Source of the DNA: Laetmonice hystrix
Lineage: Eukaryota
Length of the DNA: 64,000 nucleotides
Direction of reading: 5' to 3'
Assembly: GCA_965235115.1 (NCBI GenBank)
Contig: OZ249439.1
Location: 5,146,001-5,210,000 of the forward strand
Made by a program: the position numbers and the translations under genes
Shown here: positions 1 to 13,632 of the stretch, in pieces
Layout: every line of letters begins with the position of its first letter
Numbering within the stretch: the first letter of the stretch is position 1
Notes under the pieces: model-generated
The model's database searches: none
What the model saw: only the letters and a program-made list of their open reading frames with translations
Told to the model about the DNA's origin: nothing

Positions 1-175
1 AAATCACTAATCTAAACCGCAAATCACTAATCTAAACCGCAAATCACTAAACTAAACCGCAAATCACTAACCTAATCTAAACCGCAAATCACTAAACTAA
101 ACCGCAAATCACTAATCTAAACCGCAAATCACTAATATAAACCGCAAATCTAACCCTAATCCCTAGTCCCTGCCC
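1..175. repeat. 20-bp tandem repeat (AAATCACTAATCTAAACCGC, about 7 copies) grading into degenerate CCCTAA-like hexamers
   Basis: Period 20 is read directly at 1, 21 and 41. One copy carries an extra CCTAA. The array is followed by TAACCCTAATCCCTAGTCCCTGCCCC. Confidence 0.9.
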
Positions 176-552
176 CTACATAACGTAACGATATACAGCA
201 CGAGTACATATCGTAACGATATACAGCATGAGTACATAACGTAACGATATACAGCATGAGTACATAACGTAACGATATACAGCACGCGTACATATCGTAA
301 CGATATACAGTACGAGTACATAACGTAACGATATACGGCACGAGTACATAACGATATACAGCACGAGTACATAACGTAACGATATACAGTACGAGTACAT
401 AACGTAACGATATACAGCACGAGTACATAACGTAACGATATACAGCACGAGTACATAACGTAACGATATACAGCACGAGTACATATCGTAACGATATACA
501 GCACGAGTACATAACGTAACGATATACAGCACGAGTACATAACGTAACGATA
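176..552. repeat. 28-bp minisatellite (GAGTACATAACGTAACGATATACAGCAC, about 13 copies)
   Basis: Unit recurs at 421 and 449. It explains the minus-strand ORFs at 156-646. Confidence 0.95.
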
Positions 553-555
553 CAG

Positions 556-617
556 GTGGATGCGAGCTGACAGTGGTGGATGACAGCATGGAGGTCAAAC
601 AACCGCCAAGGGTCACA
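556..617 (+). CDS. Weak candidate internal exon (GCELTVVDDSMEVKQPPRVT)
   Basis: Unique sequence between two arrays, bounded by CAG| and |GTGAGG and open in one frame. No homology recognised. Confidence 0.2.
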
Positions 618-624
618 GTGAGGT

Positions 625-1885
625 CACACAGTGACCTAACAACCATACCTCACCACCAGGTTACAAGTTGTCCATACCCAGCAGGATGAGGGAATCATTA
701 ACCTACTCTTACCATTGGTACAAGTCGTACTCTCTCACCATTCAACTGGACTGGACCCACACAGACGCAGTGACCTAACAACCATACCTCACCACCAGGT
801 TACAAGTTGTCCATACCCAGCAGGATGAGGCAATCATTCAACCATTGGTACGAGTCGTACTCTCTCACCATTCAACTGGACTGGACCCACACAGACACAG
901 TGACCTAACAACCATACCTCACCACCAGGTTACAAGTTGTCCATACCCAGCAGGATGAGGCAATCATTCAACCATTGGTACGAGTCGTACACTCTCACCA
1001 TTCAACTGGGACTGGACCCACACAGACACAGTGACCTAACAACCATACCTCACCACCAGGTTACAAGTTGTCCATACCCAGCAGGATGAGGCAATCATTC
1101 AACCATTGGTACGAGTCGTACACTCTCACCATTCAACTGGGACTGGACCCACACAGACACAGTGACCTAACAACCATACCTCACCACCAGGTTACAAGTT
1201 GTCCATACCCAGCAGGATGAGGCAATCATTAACCTTCTTACCATTGGTACGAGTCGTACACTCTCACCATTCAACTGGGACTGGACCCACACAGACACAG
1301 TGACCTAACAACCATACCTCACCACCAGGTTACAAGTTGTCCATACCCAGCAGGATGAGGCAATCATTCAACCATTGGTACGAGTCGTACTCTCTCACCA
1401 TTCAACTGGACTGGACCCACACAGACACAGGGACCTAACAACCATACTTCACCACCAGGTTACAAGTTGTCCATACCCAGCAGGATGAGGGAATCAACCA
1501 GGTTACAAGTTGTCCATACCCAGCAGGGTGAGGGAATCATTCAACCATTGGTACAAGTCGTACTCTCACACCATTCAACTGGACTGGACCCACACAGACA
1601 CAGTGACCTAACAACCTCACCACCAGGTTACAAGTTGTCCATACCCAGCAGGATGAGGGAATCAACCAGGTTACAAGTTGTCCATACCCAGCAGGGTGAG
1701 GGAATCAACCAGGTTACAAGTTGTCCATACCCAGCAGGATGAGGGAATCAACCAGGTTACAAGTTGTCCATACCCAGCAGGGTGAGGGAATCAACCAGGT
1801 TACAAGTTGTCCATACCCAGCAGGATGAGGGAATCAACCAGGTTACAAGTTGTCCATACCCAGCAGGGTGAGGGAATCATTAACC
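625..1885. repeat. Composite satellite: about 7 copies of a 130-139 bp unit, then about 6 copies of a 43-bp subunit of it
   Basis: G(T/G)GACCTAAC anchors at 631, 770, 900, 1031, 1162, 1300 and 1430. The 43-bp unit CAACCAGGTTACAAGTTGTCCATACCCAGCAGGRTGAGGGAAT recurs at 1741 and 1784. Confidence 0.93.
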
Positions 1886-1982
1886 TATACTTAGTACAAG
1901 ACGTACTCAACATTGACACAGAACCCAAACACTAATTAAATCCGTTGCCTGTCGGCAAATAGATATTACAGACAAATATATC

Positions 1983-2345
1983 TTAAAGGGACTCCATCAG
2001 CCCCCCCCCCCCGCCCCCCCCGCCCCCCAAATATAAAACGTACCTTTCATCCTTAGCGACATGATATTTAAATATGGCGATCAAATAATGGCAACAAATG
2101 TAAGAAAATTACAAGTTTTAGTCGCCCGAGCACGGTCCGTGGAGTTTACAAACCACCGCCATGACAAACCGGCTTGGCTGTGTAGAGCGAAGGAAGGCAA
2201 TTACCGATGGCACACGCTGCTCCGTATTACAACTACATGCGCAGTTGTTTTTCTTACTATTTATTACGATATTGCAGGTAAATCTAGGTTGTTTAATATC
2301 AGAGGGGGTAGATTTTGTGGCTTTTAATTGACAGAGCCCCTTTAA
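1983..2345. mobile_element. Non-autonomous TTAA-target DNA transposon (Kolobok-like MITE, 355 bp)
   Basis: TTAA|AGGGACTCCATC at 1983-1998 and GACAGAGCCCCT|TTAA at 2330-2345 give a 9/12 terminal inverted repeat. TTAA target duplication with AG termini is the established Kolobok signature. Confidence 0.6.
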
Positions 2346-2454
2346 CAAGAGAGGTCTGCGTCGGGCCAGTATCAGCCACGCGATGATTGGGACCAGTAGG
2401 AAACGGATATCTTGGAGGAATAAAAACATTCTGTCGTATTAATCTCAACTGAAA

Positions 2455-3425
2455 GTAACATAACACTCAAATCACCAGGTATAACAGTGCACGGATCACT
2501 AACATAACACTCAAATCACGACGTATAACAGTGCTCGGATCACTAACATAACACTCAAATCACCAGGTATAACAGTGCTCGGATCACTAACATAACACTC
2601 AAATCACCAGGTATAACAGTGCTCGGATCACTAACATAACACTCAAATCACCAGGTATAACACTGCTCGGATCACTAACATAACACTCAAATCACCAGGT
2701 ATAACACTGCTCGGATCACTAACATAACACTCAAATCACCAGGTATAACAGTGCTCGGATCACTAACATAACACTCAAATCACGAGGTATAACAGTGCTC
2801 GGATCACTAACATAACACTCAAATCACCAGGTATAACAGTGCTCGGATCACTACCATAACACTCAAATCACGAGGTATAACAGTGCTCGGATCACTAACA
2901 TAACACTCAAATCACCAGGTATAACAGTGCTCGGATCACTAACATAACACTCAAATCACGAGGTATAACAGTGCTCGGATCACTAACATAACACTCAAAT
3001 CATCAGGTATAACAGTGCTCGGATCACTAACATAACACTCAAATCACCAGGTATAACAATGCTCGGATCACTAACATAACACTCAAATCACCAGGTATAA
3101 CAGTGCTCGGATCACTAACATAACACTCAAATCACGAGGTATAACAGTGCTCGGATCACTAACATAACACTCAAATCATCAGGTATAACAGTGCTCGGAT
3201 CACTAACATAACACTCAAATCACCAGGTATAACAATGCTCGGATCACTAACATAACACTCAAATCACCAGGTATAACAGTGCTCGGATCACTAACATAAC
3301 ACTCAAATCACCAGGTATAACAGTGCTCGGATCACTAACATAACACTCAAATCACCAGGTATAACAGTGCTCGGATCACTAACATAACACTCAAATCACC
3401 AGGTATAACAGTGCTCGGATCACTA
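2455..3425. repeat. 44-bp minisatellite (GGATCACTAACATAACACTCAAATCACCAGGTATAACAGTGCTC, about 22 copies)
   Basis: Period 44 (2581 and 2625). Copies are highly homogeneous. Confidence 0.97.
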
Positions 3426-4187
3426 CCAAAAAGTGTCGTTTTTCAGCCACCTGATTTATTAGTCTATCTAGTGTGTGCACTATGTATAGACCGATGTAAA
3501 TCAAGTGATTAGTGCTAGGGGAAATGTTTGTAATAGTCCAGCCACCAGCTGAATGTCCCCGATTTTAAATTTCTCCCGGGATGGATTCGCTTGGCTCAGA
3601 TTGAATGGTGGCAGGATGGCATTATTCACAGAGTCGGAAGATCGGTGGCACTAAGTGGAACTGAAAATGATTGGAAATCATTGCCAAAGTGTCCGTGTCG
3701 TTTTAATTAGTCGGACCTGCTGATTGAAGAGAATTCTACACTACTTCTGAAAGGATACTCACGACAATTAAATCTTACCCTACAAACATAACCAGACGTG
3801 CTCAGCCTCAAGCATGAATAGTTTTTGAGCAACCACGTGCCGCAAATATTCTCTTAGGAAATTAATTTTATTGTACAAGATGTTATAACTGGTAATTTAA
3901 AACGGAATAGCTTCCTGTTAAAGCAGCAGTTGCTCTCTCAATGGATCTCAACATATAATCGATCTAGGATGGAAGGAAGAATCTTCCACACAAATACTTT
4001 AAGCTGGGATGTATTTTATTTGGTGAAGATACTCTGGTGAACAGAACTGTCTAATCCAAACTGGAGTGTTTCAATCCGTCTAAGAGATTAGTTACAAGAT
4101 CTTCATATCAACGCGATTAGCTTTTAATAAATTAAATTCTAATCTACCCTCCTCATGAAACACTGGTATAACATCTGCCTGGGTGAA

Positions 4188-4299
4188 TCTAGACTCAAGA
4201 AATACTGTCACCTTCCCCCTCTCACCACTGAAGTCTGCATTAGTCTAGACTCAAGAAATACTGTCATCTTCCCCCTCTCACCACTGAAGTCTGCATTAG
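4188..4299. repeat. 56-bp tandem duplication
   Basis: TCTAGACTCAAGAAATACTGTCA...GTCTGCATTAG at 4188 and 4244, one mismatch. Confidence 0.9.
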
Positions 4300-5099
4300 T
4301 CAAGGCTGGGCCTATTTACTTCCATATTCAGCCATGGACGGTAAATCTACCGGTAGGAACAGCTGCTAGCCACTATGATACATTGCTTTCCTTGGCCACG
4401 GCAGACATAATGACTTGTTACAGCCAACTTTAGCCAGTTACTCTCCGAATCTCTGAACGCACACAGCCAGTGGACATTTGGAGATCGTTGGATGCTGCCC
4501 ACTCTGACTCAAGTCTACGGACAGAACGAGGTTTTCGGGAGGATCTCTCCGACATCTCAAGATCAATAGTATTCAATTCATGCCCTGTGGTGATTTTTTT
4601 TCCAGATTCAAAGCTTATCTTTTTACTGTCCGATACTGCTGACTCAGCATTCTGTTAGAGGCTGCCACTGACCTTGCCAGGCCGGGTCAACACGAAGGCT
4701 CAGCCTCCAGGCCAGAGCACTTTTATATTTTCACCTTAACATTCCTGTCTTTTCCTTAAGATGACTAAGATGACCTCTATTTTCCAGTGCCATGTAATAG
4801 CCATATTTCCCCCACTGTAAAATGCAACACCTAAAAATTCTTCAAGAATACAGCAAAATTCTTTAATATCTAAGTACATAGGATTACCGCTGCTCGACTT
4901 TTGCAAACCCCAACTGTCAGGAATTGCTGAACGGGTTGATTCACAGGTTTATTTGTGAAACTCGAGCCGGTATATTGACTGTGACAGTATATATAGGATG
5001 TGACAGGTTGTGGGAGAGCGACACATTGACGGGTCACGTGACAGCTGAGCGCGCTGCTTGACGCGCCACCTCGTTTACTCGTGACAGTAGTGTGAACAC

Positions 5100-5192
5100 G
5101 CAAGGCACCCGGCGCCCGGCCCCGCACCCTGCGCCCGGCCCCGCACCCTGCCCCGCACCCGGCCCTGCACCCGGCCCGGCCCCGCGCCCCCT
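5100..5192. repeat. GC-rich low-complexity repeat (CCCGGC/CCCCGCA motifs)
   Basis: Read directly. It produces the GAGRGAG-type ORF text. Confidence 0.8.
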
Positions 5193-6003
5193 CTGCCCTG
5201 CGCAACTCCGCCGCCAGGCAACAACTGTGGATACACAATGATTTCAAACTTCACTGAGCCATGACACCTGCTGACCCGTCTGCTAACGGATCGCTGGCCG
5301 GGTGACCACCAGACAATGGAAGCGCCACCTCTGGACAATGGCTGGCCATGACCACTTGACGCGCAGCGCAGTGACTAAAAACATGGTACGGATTGTGGTA
5401 GAGCCATGCTGGCTTCAAGATCCGGCGCTGCAACATATCACTTGCTTTAATGGCCACTTGGCCTAATAGATATGCCCCACCAATATTTTCAATATAATTT
5501 TCATCGATTTTCTAAGGCACCATATATATGCTTGTTTCAGATGCCAATATTTGGCAGTGCTAAAAATTGCTAAAGACACTAGGCAATTTCAAAGTAGTTT
5601 CCACAGAATATGCAATTACAGTAGAGGCACTCCTGAGTGACAACTACGACGTTCAACAAAACATGGAGGGAAACAGTCGAGGCTCCAAGATTTCACATAG
5701 AACGTCGCATCTAATGGTTCGTCATTCTGTTATTTTTAGCGTCGTCTCGAATCACTTCGTCACTAATTATACCTTTGGCATCTTAAAGGTAAACTAGATT
5801 AATACTCATGTTATATTAAAAGTATATACTTTTACTCCCCGATTTATTTTCGTAACATCAGGGAATTCATTTCTTCCTTCAACTTAAAAAAAACCCGTAG
5901 ATTATTTCTTTACTCGGGAGATGCAGTACATTCCCTAAGTATTATTCCGGCTTTACAACAGCAGCATTTGAAAAAAAAAACAAGTTTGGCTTTTAGGTAG
6001 TCT

Positions 6004-6656
6004 CAGAAACATCTCGGACCGTATTTAACAGAAACATCTCGGACCGTATTTAACAGAAACATCTCGGACCGTATTTAACGGAAACATCTCGGACCGTATT
6101 TAACAGAAACATCTCGGACCGTATTTAACAGAAACATCTCGGACCGTATTTAACGGAAACATCTCGGACCGTATTTAACAGAAACATCTCGGACCGTATT
6201 TAACGGAAACATTTCGGACCGTATTTAACAGAAACATCTCGGACCGTATTTAACGGAAACATTTCGGACCGTATTTAACAGAAACATCTCGGACCGTATT
6301 TAACGGAAACATCTCGGACCGTATTTAACAGAAACATCTCGGACCGTATTTAACAGAAACATCTCGGACCGTATTTAACGGAAACATCTCGGACCGTATT
6401 TAACAGAAACATCTCGGACCGTATTTAACGGAAACATTTCGGACCGTATTTAACAGAAACATCTCGGACCGTATTTAACGGAAACATTTCGGACCGTATT
6501 TAACAGAAACATCTCGGACCGTATTTAACGGAAACATCTCGGACCGTATTTAACGGAAACATCTCGGACCGTATTTAACGGAAACATCTCGGACCGTATT
6601 TAACAGAAACATCTCGGACCGTATTTAACAGAAACATCCCGGACCGTATTTAACGG
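6004..6656. repeat. 25-bp minisatellite (CRGAAACATCTCGGACCGTATTTAA, about 26 copies)
   Basis: Period 25 (6004 and 6029), with A/G variants often alternating. Confidence 0.97.
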
Positions 6657-7383
6657 ATGATTCCGCACTTTACATTCAGATGGAAACAACTTTTCAATCC
6701 CCTGTATTGGTGACTAACTGTTCAATCCCCTGTATTGGTGACTAGTCCCCTGTATTGGCGACTAACTGGTCAAGGTTGATCTCACTGATCGCCCCTTCAG
6801 TTGCTGAATTAGACGTTACAGTTTTACAATATAACACCACAAATGTTTGCACTGAGGGCCGACCTGACGTTCTGACCTCAACTATAGAATACATGGCCAG
6901 AGAGATTGGGCATCTTCCAAGTTTCAGCGGTCCCTAGAGGTAAGCGACTACAAGACATGCCACTTGATATTCCCGTGGGCAAGAAACAATTCAATCAACC
7001 TCCATGTTAACTGCACACGTGGGTGTTATACAAAATCTAATACAAATACCATCCAATTAATAGCTGTCTTTCCATAAATATAATCATTAAAGCTTTCTAA
7101 TGAATTATTTTGACATATATATTTGCATGTTTAAATTTGGGTCGGTGACGGCTTATTGATGTCCTGGTGAATCATGCAGTCTGCTGTACGGTGTACTTAC
7201 ATATATGTTGTTAGGATGATCAATCAGTTTTGCAAGCTTGGCGATAAGGACCGATTCGCGGCCGGGCCATCCATCATGAAGATGAAGTAGCCCGGAGGAC
7301 TGAATGAGACCAGCTGAATGGGTAGGCTGTGAATGGTCAGTCTGTCGGGCTCTGTGGTCGCTGGAGCCGGCTGGCTGGCGGCA

Positions 7384-7411
7384 GGTCGGTCGGTCGGTCG
7401 GTCGGTCGGTC
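7384..7411. repeat. (GGTC)7 microsatellite within a GC-rich patch
   Basis: Read directly. Confidence 0.9.
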
Positions 7412-7789
7412 AGGCCGGGCCGGCCCGGGCAGACATAGCCCCGGGTAGTGTGGGAGTACATACCGACCGGCTCACGGACGGACGGTAGCTCCAGGTAAAC
7501 CCGTCAGGTGAGGCCCCCACCCCGACCCGGCCTTGTTTATTGGTCTGACCCCTCCTATGTCCGGTCCTTGTCTGTCAACACTCTCCCAGATACAGAACTT
7601 GATAAACTTTAAGGTATGCTAATGACCTGCTATACAAGGGGCACCTTATCTAGCAGTTTCAGGTCGGGAGGAGATGGGGTAACACCCCCTCCCCTCCACC
7701 TCGGTGGTGTATGACCAGGGTTAAGTCGATTTCTACCTGTGAGAGGATTACTACATGGTCAGTGACAAACACGGTTCTACGACCACCCA

Positions 7790-9728
7790 CCTGGTCTCTA
7801 CCCGAATCCCTGCCTCAGGGCCCACCAACCTTTACCCCTGTCCTCCCACACCCACAACATATTATGTCCCACCCATGTACACCAGAATCCCTGCCCCAGG
7901 TCCCATCAAACTCTCACCCCTGTCCTCCCACACCTACAACTTGTCCCACCCATGTACACCCGAATCCCTGCCTCAGGTCCCATCAAACTCTCACCCCTGT
8001 CCTCCCACACCTACAACTTGTCCCACCCATGTACACCCGAATCCCTGCCTCAGGTCCCATCAAACTCTCACCTCCCACACCTACAACTTGTCCCACCCAT
8101 GTACACCCGAATCCCTGCCTCAGACCCCATCAAACTCTCCCCTCCCACACCTACAACTTGTCCCACCCATGTACACCCGAATCCCTGCCTCAGGTCCCAT
8201 CAAACTCTCACCCCTGTCCTCCCACACCTACAACTTGTCCCACCCATGTACACCCGAATCCCTGCCTCAGACCCCATCAAACTCTCACCTCCCACACCTA
8301 CAACTTGTCCCACCCATGTACACCCGAATCCCTGCCTCAGGTCCCATCAAACTCTCACCTCCAACACCTACAACTTGTCCCACCCATGTACACCCGAATC
8401 CCTGCCCCAGGTCCCATCAAACTCTCACCTCCCACACCTACAACTTGTCCCACCCATGTACACCCGAATCCCTGCCTCAGGTCCCATCAAACTCTCACCT
8501 CCCACACCTACAACTTGTCCCACCCATGTACACCCGAATCCCTGCCTCAGGTCCCATCAAACTCTCCCCTCCCACACCTACAACTTGTCCCACCCATGTA
8601 CACCCGAATCCCTGCCTCAGGTCCCATCAAACTCTCACCTCCCACACCTACAACTTGTCCCACCCATGTACACCCGAATCCCTGCCTCAGGTCCCATCAA
8701 ACTCTCACCTCCCACACCTACAACTTGTCCCACCCATGTACACCCGAATCCCTGCCTCAGGTCCCATCAAACTCTCACCTCCCACACCTACAACTTGTCC
8801 CACCCATGTACACCCGAATCCCTGCCTCAGGTCCCATCAAACTCTCACCTCCCACACCTACAACTTGTCCCACCCATGTACACCCGAATCCCTGCCTCAG
8901 GTCCCATCAAACTCTCACCTCCCACACCTACAACTTGTCCCACCCATGTACACCCGAATCCCTGCCTCAGGTCCCATCAAACTCTCACCCATGTCCTCCC
9001 ACACCTACAACTTGTCCCACCCATGTACACCCGAATCCCTGCCTCAGGTCCCATCAAACTCTCACCTCCCACACCTACAACTTGTCCCACCCATGTACAC
9101 CCGAATCCCTGCCTCAGGTCCCATCAAACTCTCCCCTCCCACACCTACAACTTGTCCCACCCATGTACACCCGAATCCCTGCCCCAGGTCCCATCAAACC
9201 CTGTCCTCCCACACCTACAACTTGTCCCACCCATGTACACCCGAATCCCTGCCTCAGGTCCCATCAAACTCTCACCTCCCACACCTACAACTTGTCCCAC
9301 CCATGTACACCCGAATCCCTGCCTCAGGTCCCATCAAACTCTCACCTCCCACACCTACAACTTGTCCCACCCATGTACACCCGAATCCCTGCCTCAGGTC
9401 CCATCAAACTCTCACCTCCCACACCTACAACTTGTCCCACCCATGTACACCCGAATCCCTGCCTCAGGTCCGATCAAACTCTCACCTCCCACACCTACAA
9501 CTTGTCCCACCCATGTACACCCGAATCCCTGCCTCAGGTCCCATCAAACTCTCACCTCCCACACCTACAACTTGTCCCACCCATGTACCACCGAATCCCT
9601 GCCTCAGGTCCCATCAAACTCTCACCTCCCACACCTACAACTTGTCCCACCCATGTACACCCGAATCCCTGCCTCAGGTCCCATCAAACTCTCACCTCCC
9701 ACACCTACAACTTGTCCCACCCATGTAC
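7790..9728. repeat. 70-bp minisatellite (about 27 copies, with 77-bp insertion variants near the left end)
   Basis: CAACTTGTCC at 8581 and 8651. The unit is stop-free on the plus strand and produces the three 600-700 aa ORFs. Confidence 0.97.
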
Positions 9729-10316
9729 AGATACCTATCGCCGTGTCGACCCTGTGATAGCAACACGTGTTGGACAGTCGCCCAGTTAGCTCACCTATAT
9801 CTCCTGAGTACACGCACAGTCACAGTCGCAAGCCGTTGATTAGAAGCGCAGACTTTTCCTCATTAGTCGGTCTTGCCGTCTGAGACTGCGTGACTTACTG
9901 TCATTATGCCATCAGTTGGTCCCCACCCCACCCCCCAACATTAATGGTTGACATCGTCCCTACAGATATAGCTGCTCACCTATCAACCACATGTTGACAC
10001 GTTCTGCTAACAACTTGGATTTGGTCAGTGTCGCCCATGTCCAAATGACCAGGGTCAAACAGTTCTCTTCTGGTTCAACATCTGGAGCTCTGGCACAGCT
10101 GGCTTAGAGCAAGAATATTGCAAGTGCAAAACTGATGTTTTGAGAATTGGCATTGCTCAAAACAAATTCTGTTTTGTACATGTAGATACAATATAGCTGC
10201 ACAGATGCGTATTCATGAGATCTATTAAAATGTTCTCTTAAACCAATTTGCAGATACAATATTCTTGCTCTCAGCCAGCGATATACAGTGATGCCCGTAA
10301 TAAACACAATAGTGGG

Positions 10317-11835
10317 TCTGTAATATTGTAACATACTGCAGTCCACATCTGTAATATTGTGTAGCATAATGCAGTCCACATCTGTAATATTGTGTAACAT
10401 ACTGCAGTCCACATCTGTAATATTGTGTAACATACTGCAGTCCACATCTGTAATATTGTGTAACATACTGCAGTCCACATCTGTAATATTGTGTAACATA
10501 CTTCAGGCCACATCTGTAATATTGTGTAACACACTTCAGGCCACATCTGTAATGTTGTGTAACATACTTCAGTCTACATCTGTAATATTGTGTAACATAC
10601 TTCAGTCTACATCTGTAATATTGTGTAACATACTGCAGTCCACATCTGTAATATTGTGTAACATACTGCAGTCCACATCTGTAATATTGTGTAACATACT
10701 TCAGTCTACATCTGTAATATTGTGTAACATACTGCAGTCCACATCTGTAATATTGTGTAACATACTGCAGTCCACATCTGTAATATTGTGTAACATACTT
10801 CAGTCCACATCTGTAATATTGTGTAACATACTTCAGTCCACATCTGTAATATTGCGTAACATACTTCAGTCCACATCTGTAATATTGTGTAACATACTTC
10901 AGTCCACATCTGTAATATTGCGTAACATACTTCAGTCCACATCTGTAATATTGTGTAACATACTGCAGTCCACATCTGTAATATTGTGTAACATACTGCA
11001 GTCCACATCTGTAATATTGTGTAACATACTTCAGTCCACATCTGTAATATTGTGTAACATACTGCAGTCCACATCTGTAATATTGTGTAACATACTTCAG
11101 TCCACATCTGTAATATTGTGTAACATACTGCAGTCCACATCTGTAATATTGTGTAACATACTTCAGTCTACATCTGTAATATTGTGTAACATACTTTAGT
11201 CCACATCTGTAATATTGTGTAACATACTTCAGTCCACATCTGTAATATTGTGTAACATACTTCAGTCCTCATCTGTAATATTGTGTAACATACTTCAGTC
11301 CTCATCTGTAATATTGTGTAACATACTTCAGTCCTCATCTGTAATATTGTGTAACATACTGCAGTCCATATCTGTAATATTGTGTAACATACTGCAGTCC
11401 ACATTTGTAATATTGTGTAACATACTTCAGTCCACATCTGTAATATTGTGTAACATACTGCAGTCCACATCTGTAATATTGTGTAACATACTGCAGTCCA
11501 TATCTGTAATATTGTGTAACATACTGCAGTCCACATTTGTAATATTGTGTAACATACTTCAGTCCACATCTGTAATATTGTGTAACATACTGCAGTCCAC
11601 ATCTGTAATATTGTGTAACATACTTCAGTCCACATCTGTAATATTGTGTAACATACTTCAGTCCACATCTGTAATATTGTGTAACATACTTCAGTCCACA
11701 TCTGTAATATTGTGTAACATACTGCAGTCCACATCAGTAATATTGTGTAACATACTTCAGTCCACATCTGTAATATTGTGTAACATACTTCAGTCCACAT
11801 CTGTAATATTGTGTAACATACTGCAGTCCACATCT
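10317..11835. repeat. 33-bp minisatellite (CATCTGTAATATTGTGTAACATACTKCAGTCCA, about 46 copies)
   Basis: The 11-codon periodic ORFs (STSVILCNILQ) match the 33-bp unit. Confidence 0.97.
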
Positions 11836-13577
11836 GGTGTCAATCAGCAACTCTTCAAACCTGTGGGCTTGGATTCCCAAACAATCAATAATTCAAATGT
11901 CACTGTTGAACTTTCTCTCATGCTGAACAGTATCCTTGTGACGGCAATTCATCTGTGTGATAGACTACGCTGGGTAGTCGTGAAAATTTGCATCCGAATC
12001 CAGTGCAGAATCCACAAACAATTAGTGAACTCATGTGTTTCCGTCACATCTGCTTGAAGAGAATGCCAGCCAGGAGCGGTACACGTGAAAATGTTCATGC
12101 TCCACTGCAGCACAGTATTGTACAGTACTTTATGATTATTACTTAGTGCTGCTCACTCAGCGAGTTCTAATTTACATTTTTCAGATTATTGGCTGGATAT
12201 TGTCCATACATTACAGTCCGATTTCTCACGTTAATTGTGGGGTAACCTGAAAATAGCGGGAATCACCTGGCTGGGTAGAATAATTCGAGGGGTGGGGGTG
12301 GGGGTAAAACTATTCCCATAGGTTCAACACGGTCACTTCAATCAGTAGCTAAGTTTCCAATTATTATGAAGTATTTTACTCCATGTAATTATCTTTTTTA
12401 AGAAACTACTTTTACACACAGGTAAACGGGTCCACTTGATATTCATCCGCGAGTCTCTCGCCTCCGAGGGTCACATCAGTTCTGACCTAGTTCTCTGACC
12501 TCGCTGACCCCAGGGTGTTGACCCGGATGGGGATATATTAGAAAACTCATCATTTACCCTGTGACGGGTGTCACGTAGCCAGGGGGTATGTTAACGGGGT
12601 AAATACCAGCCTCGAGGAAACTGATGATTGTGGTTGCCAGGTGAGAAAGGGTGTAACGAGGTAAGGTAGACTAGACCTCTACTACCACGCTATCGGCGAG
12701 TTTATCTACCCTGTCAGAGGTTGGTGGCAGTGGTAGATTTCAAACTGTTAAACAATTATAAACTCTACCACGAACCAGGGTAAGTACCACCTCTCAAATC
12801 ATGCCCATTCACTGCCTTGACAGCAGGCCGTTTGACAAGCTCTGGTAGTGATAGCTAGTACACCTTCACTAGAGAGATGACAAGTTGATATCACTGATAT
12901 TGACATAACCATCAATTTTCATATACTAGTCAAGCGTTAACACCCAGCAGGAGTTTTTGAACAACATTTATTTTTCAAACAACTTGTTCTTGAGTCAACA
13001 ATGGTCTGTATTGTCGTTCTACATCCCTTTCTTCAAATTTATCTGTATTCAATGAAACGAGATGCGTAAATCTATATCACTCTCATCAAACTTTCCAGAA
13101 ACTTTGTCGTTCACAATCTACGTTATGACGTAATAAATATTGACAGGCGCCTTTTCTTCCACGACCGTCAGAAATTTACCATCTAAGTGAGACTGTGAGC
13201 AGTGAGTTAACCAGGTTTTATACCAGCTCATCATGAGATCCATTATCTGAAAATCAAGTCCATAAACTTCACAGGAGTCCTCTCAGAGCGTGCGTCAATC
13301 AATGATATAAAATAGTCCCGTGCAATTAATGAAACACATAGAAAAGACCATCACCCCATGTTTTCTCCGGCTACCATTAAAATAACGTCACCATGTTTTA
13401 ACATCATCACTGCTTATGCTAAGTGGGCAAAATAACTATAATTCATTGGGGGGGGGGAGGGGTTTTCTAACTCCCGTCCACGATGTCTTAAAATCATCGG
13501 GGAAAATATTCTCACGTGGTTTTTCTTCCAACTATTTAGACATGGTGTGAAGCGGCATGAGACCTCTTCCATCTGTT

Positions 13578-13632
13578 AGGGGTGTGGGTGTGGGTGTGGG
13601 TGTGGGTGGGGTAAGGTGGGGGGGGGGGGGGT
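13578..13632. repeat. (GGGTGT)n microsatellite plus poly-G run
   Basis: Read directly. Confidence 0.85.

Noticed and set aside
3840-4140. LINE ORF2 C-terminal-like words (RKLILLYKML, DLGWKEE)
   Set aside because: The motifs occur in the wrong order relative to LINE tails and the frame has many stops.
7711-9839. Three ORFs of 601-694 aa
   Set aside because: They come from a stop-free 70-bp unit cycling through all frames. All three frames are open and no domain is recognisable.
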